A stretch of 15,665 nt of DNA from Chthonomonadales bacterium (GCA_037443035.1 JBBIPC010000013.1:82659-98323); one strand, 5' to 3'. Numbered from the stretch's first letter, positions 1 to 8,832 are shown. Notes: generated by a model from the sequence alone, not told the origin. Translations and numbers: made by a program.

Positions 1-358
1 GGTCGTGCATTGCCGGCTCAACCCAAACGATGCCACACACCCGACGCCGTGAATCTGGCGGTCTGCCCATGTCAGCCAACTCGTGCCATGGTTCTCTCAC
101 TTCCGGCCTCTCCTGCCTCGGTGTACAGGGGTCAGAGCCAAGCGGTTTCGAGCCGCGCACCCCGGAAGCCGTGCTCCTATCGAACGGTGACGTAAGGACG
201 GGAGACTGCCTGGTAGCGCTCGTCGAGCACCATGATGTCTGCCTTCTGCACGAACTCCGCACGGGCTTTGGCGATGGCCTGTCTATTGCGAGGTGCAGTG
301 GAGTAATCAAGCGGATGGTGTGTCCTATGCCTTCGGAAGAGCGCCATCGCTACCGACG

Positions 359-1696
359 CTACTGCAACTCCGGCAAGATCCCCTGCTGCAACCGAAGCAT
401 CTCTTCCAGCATCACAACTGCATTTCGGTAGCTGTTCACCGTCGGCTCCAACAGGAGTGCCTGCAGCAACTTCGCCTTCGATCGCTCGGCGAATGCTTCC
501 ACCAGCAACTTGTGGATGGAACCCTGGAGCCGGAGCATGGCCGCGATTCCCTCGGGAAGCGGTTCCATGCGGCACGGATGGACTCCGTCGGCATCGCCAA
601 GCGCCGGCACCTCCACGACCATGTCATCAGGCAAGTTGGGTATGGCACCACGGTTGGGCACGTTGACGGCCGCAAGGTCGTGCCGAATGCCGCAGCCAAC
701 CGCCTCCATGATGGGCACGGCAAGCTCTCCGGACGGCTTCAGTGGAGCGTCTTCCAGGCGAGTCGGTTCATCCGACGGCTTCCGCCATGGTCGGGTAGTC
801 TTGTCGCCGCTCAGCGAGTAGACGAACTCCGGTACGTGGCCTGTCTCCCACGGATGACCGTCGGCCGGATCGTAGAAGTACTGCAGCTCGCTTGCCACGA
901 ACTCGTCCGCCCAGCCAATGTACTCGCCGTAGTGATTGGCGCCAGGGGAAGGCCACAGACCGTACCGCCGGAAGAGAATACGGGCCAGTCCGATCTCGTG
1001 CCAGTCGGCCAGCCAGTCTCCTTCCGCCTCGGCCTGGCGGAGCTTTGGATAGAGGTCCTCGCCGGTTCGCCGGTCCCGGATGTACTGGAAGAACGTGAAG
1101 TGGTTGATCCCGCAAGCCGCTGCGTCCAGATCCGTGGGAGCCATGCCGAGAATGTGCGCCACCTGCGCCAGGCCGCCGAACACCCCATGGCACAGGCCAT
1201 ACACCCGAATGGAGGTCAGACGACTCACTGCCTCGCAGAGCTTGTGCTCGGGATTCGTGAAGCTGAGCAGCAGAGCGTCTGGGCAGAGTCGTTCCATGGT
1301 ACGCGCAATCTCCACGGTCGGTCCCATGTTCCGCAGAGCATGGAAAAGAGACCCAGGCCCGCCGTTCTCGCCGAAGACCTGCCGAAACCCGTAGTGGCGG
1401 GGCACATGGAAGTCCTGGCTCCAGTACAGGAACCGGTCCACCTCGATGGCTTTGACTACGAAGGACGCACCGTCCAGGGCCGCTTCCAGATTCGTCGTAG
1501 CTTCGATGCGGACTGCGCGCCCGAGACGGTCGGCGACATACCGCGCGTACTGCTCGGCTCGGTCCACAGGTTCCTCCAGGCGATCCATTAGCGCGACAGT
1601 CAAGCCGGTCTCGCAGAGGGCGTCGCTCAGGAGAACGTCTCGGATGCTCGAAGGACCGAAGGAACGGCTTCCGGCACCGACGATGGCGATCTTCAT
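359..1696 (-). CDS. Glycoside hydrolase family 4, NAD+/Mn2+-dependent alpha-galactosidase/alpha-glucosidase (MelA-like)
   Basis: N-terminal Rossmann motif KIAIVGAGS, plus GENGGPGSLFHALRN, FTNPE, YGLCHG (metal-binding Cys), GINHFTF and VNVPNRGAIPNLPDDMVVEVP. ATG at 1696 chosen because TGAGGTG (SD-like, overlapping the GH38 stop) lies 6 nt upstream. ATG 1702 and GTG 1705 are alternatives. Confidence 0.92.
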   Translation of the reverse strand: MKIAIVGAGSRSFGPSSIRDVLLSDALCETGLTVALMDRLEEPVDRAEQYARYVADRLGRAVRIEATTNLEAALDGASFVVKAIEVDRFLYWSQDFHVPRHYGFRQVFGENGGPGSLFHALRNMGPTVEIARTMERLCPDALLLSFTNPEHKLCEAVSRLTSIRVYGLCHGVFGGLAQVAHILGMAPTDLDAAACGINHFTFFQYIRDRRTGEDLYPKLRQAEAEGDWLADWHEIGLARILFRRYGLWPSPGANHYGEYIGWADEFVASELQYFYDPADGHPWETGHVPEFVYSLSGDKTTRPWRKPSDEPTRLEDAPLKPSGELAVPIMEAVGCGIRHDLAAVNVPNRGAIPNLPDDMVVEVPALGDADGVHPCRMEPLPEGIAAMLRLQGSIHKLLVEAFAERSKAKLLQALLLEPTVNSYRNAVVMLEEMLRLQQGILPELQ

Positions 1697-1706
1697 CTCC
1701 ATCACC

Positions 1707-4700
1707 TCACGCGTGGGGACATCCCGCCTGCACCAAGTAGGTACGAACCTCCCACGGGCGCAGGCTCACCTGGACTGCATCGTCGTTCAGTGGCACCGGG
1801 CGAATCGGTTCCTCGACAATGTTGGCCAACCAGACGGCCTTGGCACCCTTCAGCCGCATGCGAGCACCAGCCACTTGCCTGCCTGCGGTCTCGGCAACCC
1901 GCACCACAACATGATCCGACGCACATTTCGCCGGCTTCAGTGCCGTGATGGTAGCGGAGCCGCCATCCTGCAGGTAGGCGCCAAAGCTCACGTCGCCGTT
2001 CTCGAGCGGCATTGCATTCGGACAGGCGATGAGTGGCTGATTGAAGCCTGCTGCAACTCGCATGACCCCCGCGTCGCGCCAGTTGCCCGGATGTGGGAGG
2101 AACGAGTACCGGATCACATGGCGTCCGACGTCGGAGATGGCGTCGGGATCGTAAGCACTGCGAACCAATGTCATGCGCAGGCGGCAACCCATAGCGTCGT
2201 AGCCATGCTTGCAGTCATTCAGGAGCGCGAAACCGTACGTCGCTCCGCCCACATCCGCCCAGCGGAGCGCTGGCACTTCCTGCCCATCGGAGGGTCGCTG
2301 GACCGCCGCATATGGTGTCTCGAACCACGCCTCGCATTCCGGCATGCGCGCCGTGAACGCTACCTTCAGCCCCGGCACTCCCTTCTTGGAATCTCCTACC
2401 TCACGCCAGTCCAACACCGTCTCGAAATCCACCCGAGGTAGGTGCTTGTAGAAGACCATATGCTGGGTAATCGCGGAACGACGTATGCGGTGCTTGACTT
2501 CGATGGTGCAGTGGACCGGCCCTGTCTCGAGAACACGGCAGGTAGCGCCAGTGAGGAGGTTGTGCACGGCGGCCACCTCCTGGACCTCCCAGGCAGTCAT
2601 GGCATGGGGTAGCTCTTCCGTGAGCTGGAACACATTCAGCGCCAGGTCCGGTCGAGCGGTGTCCATGTAATCGCTGGGCTTGCGCATGCCAAACCCGACC
2701 AGCTCGCGATGGACTCGCTTGTCGTAGAAGCCGACGATGATGCCACAGTCGCGACGGAGGTAGGCGATGTAGTAGGGAGTCTCGATACGCCAATAGGGCG
2801 CCGTGGCCGCGGCCTCCGGTGTATCGGCGCGCCGACCATCCGTGGGGGCGTAGGCTGGTTCCGGCACGAGCGGAGCCTCCTCCGGCTTCCGGTCGGTAAT
2901 ACGATAGACGGTACTGTCGAACGCCGGCACGTGGGCAACGAAGGCGAGCCCGCCTGCAACGTATTGCCCCACGGTCGTCCTGCCGAGACTGTCCGCCAGG
3001 GTCACGGCGCCTTTGCCACGCAGCCCAGGCACGAAGACCCAGTCTTCCCGCTCCCACCCCAGAGGGTTGACGACGGTGACATGCCCTGGTCTCCGTACGG
3101 GCGCGAGGACTTGCGTGGCTCTGGAGATGGCCTGTTGGGCGGTCCGTTCCACCTCCTCGAAGTCTTGGCGGTTCTTGTTGTACACCTCGTGGATCGCCGA
3201 GCCGTCGAAGATGTCGTGGAACTGATTGAAGCAGACCGTGCGCCACGCCTCGGTCATTCCTGTATCTGGCAGGAGACCAGCCATGGCGACGAGCGCCTCC
3301 GCCGTGCAGAGGAGATTCTCTCCGTGCCGGTTGTATCGCTTCGTATCAGCATGGGTGCTGTAGCAGCCCTCGAAGATGGTGGAGGATTCCCCACGATGCA
3401 CAGGTAGCGGCACGCCGCTGTCCAGCAGTTCCCGCGCGTAGGCTGCCGTGGTGGAGCATCGCGCCGAAGGCAGAACCGGGATCTGCTGGAACCGCCGCAG
3501 AGCTTGCAGATTCTGACGCGACGGACCACCGCCGTGATCCCCGATGCCGTGGAAATGGAGGGCGCAAGGATGCCCGGCCCTGTACGCACGGATGGCCGCC
3601 GCCACGAGGTCTCGCGCGTGGATCTCCCCATTGTAGCTCGGTGTGGAGATGGCCAGTAGCCGCGTGCCGTCCTGCCCTTCCCACCAGTACGCTGGCCAGA
3701 GATCAACGCCGCCTGGGTTGGCTCGGTGGTGGTAATAACGTTCCGCACCTGCTGAGACCGCTAGCTGCGGCAGATTGCCCGCATGCCCGAATGTGTCCGG
3801 CGCGTGGAGCGTTGTGGGCGTGAAGCCCAAGACTTCCCTGGAGTACGTCACACCTTCGAGAAGTTGGTGTGCCAGCGCCTCTCCGGAGGCCATGTTCACA
3901 TCGCCCTCGACCCACGTCATGCTGATGGGCTCCCAGCGCCCCTCTCGGATACGCTCTAGCACCTTTGCGAAGAGCTCTGGATCTTGCTGACGAACGACCT
4001 CGTAGGTTGCAGGCTGGCTGTGAGAGAACGTCAGCTCCGGGAACTCCTCCATCAGGCTGATCACATTGCGAAAGTCCCGTTTGATCACCTCCACGGTATC
4101 CGGCCAGGTCCAGAGCCAGTTCATGTCTATGTGGCTGTGGCCAACGCAGTGCACGGGCACCTGCTTGGCGCGCTTGTCCAGGGGCAGAAGCGTTTCCGCC
4201 ATTGCTCGGAGTGCCGCACCGAGCGAAGCCTCGTCCTCCGGTAGTGTTTCGAGAAGATCGGAGGCCGCCTTCTCGACAAGGGCCCGCTCGTCAGGAGTCA
4301 TGGCTAGCGTGTCCGCCCATGCCAGTTGGGCCCAGGCGACGTCCAGCGCCTCGAAACGAGCCCGCAGCCTCTCCGTAGTGAACTTCATCTGGAACCAGGT
4401 GGTCGTCTGGTTGTTCGGGATGTGCAGCGTCAGTCTCAGCTCCCCGTTCGGGCCTTCTGCGAGCGAAGGGATGACGGTGAACAGGCATGGGCCCGCCGCA
4501 ACGGGCACCCCGCTCTCGGAGAAGATGGACTTCCCGTTCCATTCCACATCCGCAGGATAGAGGCTGAACATGGTCGCCTCCAGGCGGTCTCCTGTCAGGG
4601 GAACGCCTGCCACCTGAGCCGGGACGGACAGACGGCACGTAAGTGTCAGGTCCTTGCCAGGCTCCAGCGTGAGACCATGGAATCCCCCGCCGCCGTCCTG

Positions 4701-4823
4701 TACCAGCGTGTCCGGACCGGGTCCTGCCTCCTTGTGCCACACCGTATCGGGAAATGCGTTGAGGGCGCGGTCGGCAGCCGCACGCAGCCTCGCCAGGGCG
4801 GACTGAACCTTCTGACTGGACAT
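1707..4823 (-). CDS. Glycoside hydrolase family 38 alpha-mannosidase with an ~220 aa N-terminal extension
   Basis: GH38 motifs GHSHIDMNWLW (Zn ligands), WVEGD, PDTFGH (nucleophile), GIGDHGGGP, GCYSTHADTKRYNR and NQFHDIFDGS. GGAGG SD 5 nt before the ATG. No signal peptide evident. Confidence 0.93.
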   Translation of the reverse strand: MSSQKVQSALARLRAAADRALNAFPDTVWHKEAGPGPDTLVQDGGGGFHGLTLEPGKDLTLTCRLSVPAQVAGVPLTGDRLEATMFSLYPADVEWNGKSIFSESGVPVAAGPCLFTVIPSLAEGPNGELRLTLHIPNNQTTTWFQMKFTTERLRARFEALDVAWAQLAWADTLAMTPDERALVEKAASDLLETLPEDEASLGAALRAMAETLLPLDKRAKQVPVHCVGHSHIDMNWLWTWPDTVEVIKRDFRNVISLMEEFPELTFSHSQPATYEVVRQQDPELFAKVLERIREGRWEPISMTWVEGDVNMASGEALAHQLLEGVTYSREVLGFTPTTLHAPDTFGHAGNLPQLAVSAGAERYYHHRANPGGVDLWPAYWWEGQDGTRLLAISTPSYNGEIHARDLVAAAIRAYRAGHPCALHFHGIGDHGGGPSRQNLQALRRFQQIPVLPSARCSTTAAYARELLDSGVPLPVHRGESSTIFEGCYSTHADTKRYNRHGENLLCTAEALVAMAGLLPDTGMTEAWRTVCFNQFHDIFDGSAIHEVYNKNRQDFEEVERTAQQAISRATQVLAPVRRPGHVTVVNPLGWEREDWVFVPGLRGKGAVTLADSLGRTTVGQYVAGGLAFVAHVPAFDSTVYRITDRKPEEAPLVPEPAYAPTDGRRADTPEAAATAPYWRIETPYYIAYLRRDCGIIVGFYDKRVHRELVGFGMRKPSDYMDTARPDLALNVFQLTEELPHAMTAWEVQEVAAVHNLLTGATCRVLETGPVHCTIEVKHRIRRSAITQHMVFYKHLPRVDFETVLDWREVGDSKKGVPGLKVAFTARMPECEAWFETPYAAVQRPSDGQEVPALRWADVGGATYGFALLNDCKHGYDAMGCRLRMTLVRSAYDPDAISDVGRHVIRYSFLPHPGNWRDAGVMRVAAGFNQPLIACPNAMPLENGDVSFGAYLQDGGSATITALKPAKCASDHVVVRVAETAGRQVAGARMRLKGAKAVWLANIVEEPIRPVPLNDDAVQVSLRPWEVRTYLVQAGCPHA

Positions 4824-4916
4824 GGGAACCTCCGATGTTGCGAACTTTCCGAACGAAGTTTCGCTCTCGGCAGGCCCGCTTCCTGCGCGGATGCCTGGTG
4901 CGAAGGAAGACTGCTG

Positions 4917-6191
4917 CTACTTGCCCTTGCGCACCGTCTCCGGCCCCAGCGTGGAGGACTTATCTACGAAACGCATGCGCCCGCCACGCTTGATCATCTC
5001 GAACGCATCGTAGAGGGTTCCGTCCGCAGTGCGAGCCTCGTAGGTCAGCCGATCGCCGTCGATGCCGATGATCTGATAGAGCTGCAGGTCCTGGCCGAAG
5101 CGTGCCGCCCATTTTCGGTCCCCCGCATCGTACTGCTTCGTACCAGTCACCGATGTTACGTAAACAGTACTCCCGGCCGCAGGTCCGGAGGACGGGTTGC
5201 TGCGACCGTACACATGGTCGTGGCCAGTCAGCACGAGGTCCACCTGGTGCCGGTCGAGGACGGGCTTCCACGCCTCCCGGAGCTCCTTGTTATCTCGGTT
5301 CTTCGCTCCGGAAAAGAGGGGGTGGTGAAACATCACCACTGTCCACCGGCATGGGTTGCTCGTCAGCAGTGTGCCCAGCCACGAGGTCTGTTCGGCGATC
5401 TTCTCCATGGAGTTGAGAACTACGAACCGGACGCCTTGATAATCGAAGGTGTAGCTCGATTCCTCCACGCCCGCCACGCCGTTCGCCGGCAGCGTGAATT
5501 GGGCGCGCCAATAGGGGGTAAGGCGGCGCGCCGTTCCTTGGGGATCTACTTTCTCGTATTGGTGGTTGCCGATGGCCGGAACCTGGAGGATCGAGGCCGC
5601 TGCCCGGCCACCCATGCTGAACCACTCGCCCCACTCGCTATCGCTGGATGCCGTGTTGGTGAGGTCGCCTGCATGGAGAATGAGCCGGGCATCCGGACAG
5701 TCAACCAGTGCTTGCCGTAGCACCCTCGAGCACCGGTCCCGTATTGCAGTCTGTTCATCGCCGAGATAGATAAAGCGGAACGGCTTCGGCGACGTCGAGG
5801 CAGTTCGGAACTGGAACCACTCGGACCATGTGGTGCCATTGGCAACGCGATAGGCATAGGTTGTCTCGGGGCGTAGGTTGGCGAAGACCACGCTGTGCTG
5901 CATGTACTTCGCCGTGCCGGTGGCGAAGAGCGTCGATGACACCGACAGAGTCTTGGCGACTTTCTCGATATCTGGACCAGCAGGTGCGACGGCAATCTGG
6001 GCGCTGCCGTTCCTTGCACCCTCCGGCGAGCGCCAGGTTACCGCTGCCGTAACGGTAGGGTCTCCCACCGGCGTAAGGACGATTCGGTCCGGCGCAGGAT
6101 CCCCAGCCCTGGCCATGACAACGGCCACAAGAGCCAGTCCCAGAGCACCTGGGACGGCCACGGCCAGCCATCGTGCTTGCTTTGCTGTCAT
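4917..6191 (-). CDS. Secreted calcineurin-like metallophosphoesterase of the purple acid phosphatase type, with an N-terminal FN3-like domain
   Basis: Motifs YLGDEQ, HAGDL, GNHQ, MFHH and GHDH. FN3-like segment (VTWRS...HSVVFANLRPETTYAYRV...WSEWFQFRT). Signal-peptide-like N-terminus MTAKQARWLAVAVPGALGLALVAVVMARA. G-rich SD before ATG 6191; the ORF track start at 6227 is also possible. Confidence 0.85.
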   Translation of the reverse strand: MTAKQARWLAVAVPGALGLALVAVVMARAGDPAPDRIVLTPVGDPTVTAAVTWRSPEGARNGSAQIAVAPAGPDIEKVAKTLSVSSTLFATGTAKYMQHSVVFANLRPETTYAYRVANGTTWSEWFQFRTASTSPKPFRFIYLGDEQTAIRDRCSRVLRQALVDCPDARLILHAGDLTNTASSDSEWGEWFSMGGRAAASILQVPAIGNHQYEKVDPQGTARRLTPYWRAQFTLPANGVAGVEESSYTFDYQGVRFVVLNSMEKIAEQTSWLGTLLTSNPCRWTVVMFHHPLFSGAKNRDNKELREAWKPVLDRHQVDLVLTGHDHVYGRSNPSSGPAAGSTVYVTSVTGTKQYDAGDRKWAARFGQDLQLYQIIGIDGDRLTYEARTADGTLYDAFEMIKRGGRMRFVDKSSTLGPETVRKGK

Positions 6192-6421
6192 TGATTGATC
6201 CCCCGTACCTCCGATGCGCGCTGCCATGCAGGGCTATAGCGCATTGTAGCCGACGCCGGTTCACGAGAGGTTAGCACAGCGTAAAGATTCTGTTGTCTGT
6301 ACCCAAGCGTTGGGTGGCAGGCGTCTCAGGGCTTGTTCTCAGGAACCGCCTATCGCCATCGCGCGTATCTCGTTGGTACGAGCTTGCGTCTGGGCAAGCA
6401 CTTGCGGTCAGGGGGATTAGC

Positions 6422-6883
6422 ATGTCGCAGCACTCGTTCCAAGCGAAAGTCGTGGTCTCGGGTAGCCGGGCCTACGTGGCCATTCCCTTCGATCCCGACG
6501 AGGTCTGGGGCGAGCGAGCGCGACATGATGTGACGGGAACCGTCAAGGGTCGCGACTTCCGCGGACGGATTCAGAGCATCCAGGGCGCGCCGGCCCTGTC
6601 CCTCGGACCGGCATGGCGTAGGGACAACGGCGTGCAGGTTGGTGACCTTGTGCAGGTTGTCCTGCGTCCCGAAGGACCTCAGGTATCCGAAATGGCCGCA
6701 GACATCGCCGCAGCGTTCGTTGCCAATCCCGAGGCGCGCGCTGTCTTCGAGGGGCTCTCGACGTTCTGCCGGAAGAACTACATGCGGTGGATTGACAGTG
6801 CCAAACGGCCCGACACACGAGCACGACGTATCACACAGATGATGGGAATGCTCCGGGCCGGCAAGAGTGACCCCACACCCTGA
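6422..6883 (+). CDS. DUF1905 plus YdeI/OmpD-associated (OmdA) domain protein
   Basis: YVAIPFDPDEVWG...VTGTV...GVQVGDLVQVVL (DUF1905-like), followed by EARAVFEGLS...RKNYMRWIDSAKRPDTRARRI (OmdA-like). GGGGG SD-like run before ATG 6422. Confidence 0.85.
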   Translation: MSQHSFQAKVVVSGSRAYVAIPFDPDEVWGERARHDVTGTVKGRDFRGRIQSIQGAPALSLGPAWRRDNGVQVGDLVQVVLRPEGPQVSEMAADIAAAFVANPEARAVFEGLSTFCRKNYMRWIDSAKRPDTRARRITQMMGMLRAGKSDPTP

Positions 6884-6926
6884 GAAGCGCTAGCAGGCGC
6901 GCAGAGGGTCATGGCGTCACCTTCTA

Positions 6927-6964
6927 GAAACGAAGAGCCGCCGGAACGTCCTGGCGGCTCCGTT
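6927..6964 (-). terminator. Intrinsic terminator hairpin between convergent genes, mainly for perR-ahpC and possibly bidirectional
   Basis: Stem GAGCCGCC (6935-6942) pairs with GGCGGCTC (6953-6960). On the minus strand it is followed by TTCGTTTCT. Confidence 0.7.
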
Positions 6965-6985
6965 GCGCCGACTCGTTGGGCAGGG

Positions 6986-7567
6986 TTAGCTCAGCGTCTT
7001 GTCGCCGGGCTTCCAGTTGGCCGGGCATAGCTCGCCCGTCTGGATCGCTTGCAGGACCCTGAGAGTCTCCTCCACGCTACGACCCACGCTGAGGCTGTTG
7101 ATCACCGAGTACTGCAGGACGCCATCCGGATCAATGATGAACAGACCGCGCAAGGCAATGCCCTCTTCCTCGATGAGCACACCGTACTTCCGAGAGACTT
7201 CCTTGGTGATATCCGATGCGATGGGGAACCTTACGCCGGCGATGCCGTTCTGCTCACGCGGCGTCTGTAGCCACGCACGATGCGAATACACCGAGTCCGT
7301 CGAAACACCCAGCACGTCGGCGCCGAGTTTGAGAAACTCGTCGTAGGCGTCCGACATGGCTGTGATCTCCGTGGGACATACGAACGTGAAGTCCAGCGGG
7401 TAGAAGAACATCACGAGCCACTTGCCCTTGTAGTCGGACAGCGATGCCGTCGAAGAGAGAGTCTCCATGTCCGCCGTCGTCTTCATGGTGAAGTCCGGCG
7501 CGGGCTTGCCAACGCGCGCCGTATTGGCGACGTTCTGGCAGCAGTTGCACGTACACTCACAAGACAT
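6986..7567 (-). CDS. ahpC: Typical 2-Cys peroxiredoxin (AhpC/Prx1) with a Cys-rich N-terminal tail
   Basis: VGKPAPDF, FFYPLDFTFVCPTE (peroxidatic Cys), STDSVYSHRAW, ALRGLFIIDPDG, GRSVEETLRVL and LCPANWKPG (resolving Cys). Confidence 0.95.
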   Translation of the reverse strand: MSCECTCNCCQNVANTARVGKPAPDFTMKTTADMETLSSTASLSDYKGKWLVMFFYPLDFTFVCPTEITAMSDAYDEFLKLGADVLGVSTDSVYSHRAWLQTPREQNGIAGVRFPIASDITKEVSRKYGVLIEEEGIALRGLFIIDPDGVLQYSVINSLSVGRSVEETLRVLQAIQTGELCPANWKPGDKTLS

Positions 7568-7573
7568 GCCTTC

Positions 7574-8008
7574 TTATTCCTCCTCAGTCGTTTGGGATGG
7601 TAGCGGCTGAGCGGACTGGCACCCCGGGCAGATACCAGTCCACCGCATTTCGCAATCCTCGATCACGTATCGGGTCGCACCCTGGATCCGGTGCCGCGTG
7701 TGCTCGTATTCGCGGAATGGCACGTCGGTTACCACACCGCACCTGGAGCACACGATGTGGGCGTGCGCCCGCACGGTGGGATCGTAGCGCCGAGGGCCGC
7801 TCGGAGACGCGATGACGCGCACCCGTCCCGACTCTGCCAGTGACCCAAGAATTCGGTAGACGGTCCCCAGGCTGATACGTGGGAGCGCCTTGCGCGCCTC
7901 GTGAAAGACCCACTCAGCGGTAGGGTGGTCCGATGCCGAGAGGACCGCCTGCATGACGGCCTCTTTCTGCTTCGTAAGGCGTGTTGCGAAAGCCCGCTCG
8001 CGTTTCAT
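7574..8008 (-). CDS. perR: Fur-family transcriptional repressor, PerR type
   Basis: RLTKQK, DHPTAE, SLGTVYRIL, RYD-x5-HAH-IVCxxC...D and GICPGC. The regulatory-metal ligand pattern (H, D, H, H, D) and Zn-Cys4 site match Bacillus PerR. It sits 6 nt upstream of ahpC. Confidence 0.85.
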   Translation of the reverse strand: MKRERAFATRLTKQKEAVMQAVLSASDHPTAEWVFHEARKALPRISLGTVYRILGSLAESGRVRVIASPSGPRRYDPTVRAHAHIVCSRCGVVTDVPFREYEHTRHRIQGATRYVIEDCEMRWTGICPGCQSAQPLPSQTTEEE

Positions 8009-8034
8009 AGTAATCGTAATAGCTCCTATTACGA
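8009..8034. promoter_or_regulatory. Putative PerR/Fur operator (palindrome)
   Basis: Perfect 9-3-9 inverted repeat TCGTAATAG-ctc-CTATTACGA (8014-8034), plus an extra GTAAT unit at 8010-8014. AT-rich in a GC-rich context and immediately upstream of the perR ATG. Confidence 0.6.
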
Positions 8035-8284
8035 GATTGTCCAGGCGCTGGTTCCCAACAACTCACTGCTATGACAGATGCTACGAGACCACATGCCGTC
8101 CTCGTTCCTCGAACTGGACCAGTGCAGCCGTCACCGCCGCTGTAGCTCTATACCGAAGCCCAGGTGCCGCGGCCCTCTCGGACGCACCAGAGTCGTATAG
8201 CAGCCGCCCCCGGCTGCGTATGCGTCCACCGTCTCGGCTGCAAGATCTCGCCCTGGTATCGTAACCAAACGCCAGCATGGAGCG

Positions 8285-8290
8285 TATAAT
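8285..8290 (+). promoter_or_regulatory. -10 box of the ssrA promoter
   Basis: Perfect TATAAT 9 nt before the mature tmRNA 5' end. No convincing -35. Confidence 0.65.
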
Positions 8291-8299
8291 AGTGTGCAC

Positions 8300-8654
8300 G
8301 GGGGTGAGTGGTGTCGACCTGGACGACGCCGGCCCTGGTTGCGAGCCGAGGCGCCGCTGGCCTCGTAAAAAGCGGCAAAACAACAAACGCGAACACTTCT
8401 CAGTACGCGTACGCGGCCTAATTAGGCTGCGCGTCCAACCGCTCCCTGTCGGCTGGAGCGGAAGAGGGCGTCACCCGAGCCGACTTACCGCCGAGGGCCA
8501 GTCCGTCGCCTGACAGCGGGACAACCAAGACGGAAGGGTGCGCGAGGATCCTGTCTGCGGGAGCTTCGAGCACGGGATCAGAACGCAGACTACGCTCGTA
8601 GACGCCGGGTGAGGGTCTCCGGGGACCGGGGTTCGAGTCCCCGCACCTCCACCA
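8300..8654 (+). ncRNA. ssrA: tmRNA (one-piece), tag peptide ANTSQYAYAA
   Basis: 5' GGGGGTG pairs with 3' CACCTCC-ACCA, including the G3:U Ala identity pair. TCGAC near the 5' end. T-arm CGGGGTTCGAGTCCCCG. pk1-like GAGGC/GCCTC and GCCGCT/AGCGGC. Resume codon GCG at 8389 after an A-rich stretch, and the tag ORF 8389-8421 ends in YAA-TAA. Confidence 0.97.
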
Positions 8655-8660
8655 TTTTCG

Positions 8661-8700
8661 GGAGGCCGGCCGCGGTAGGTCGGCCTTCTTGCTTCTTCCT
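8661..8700 (+). terminator. Intrinsic terminator of ssrA
   Basis: 11-bp stem GGAGGCCGGCC/GGTCGGCCTTC (two G-U pairs) with a 6-nt loop, followed by pyrimidine-rich TTGCTTCTTCCT. Confidence 0.7.
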
Positions 8701-8832
8701 ACGCTACGACCTCTCTGACATTGCTACGGTGACCGGTATCGCCCATTGCCGTGTTTCGTAGTCTGCCTCTGGTAGCGCTGGTCGAGGCCAGCTCGATGAC
8801 GGCCACGGATGGCGCCGCCCCCTGAAGCTAAG

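Noticed and set aside
293..1591. 432-aa plus-strand ORF, and similar long ORFs at 1446-2441, 4326-5720 and 12117-13742
   Set aside because: These are antisense shadows of well-supported minus-strand genes in GC-rich DNA and show no recognisable motifs.
6232..6251. Imperfect inverted repeat GGCTATA...TGTAGCC containing a minus-strand TACAAT
   Set aside because: It could be the phosphoesterase -10 box, but there is no matching -35 and the repeat is too short to support a call.
7953..8513. Small ORFs around ssrA (7953-8264, 8081-8386, 8148-8396, 8277-8513)
   Set aside because: They overlap perR or the tmRNA and its promoter, have no SD, and give no recognisable protein.
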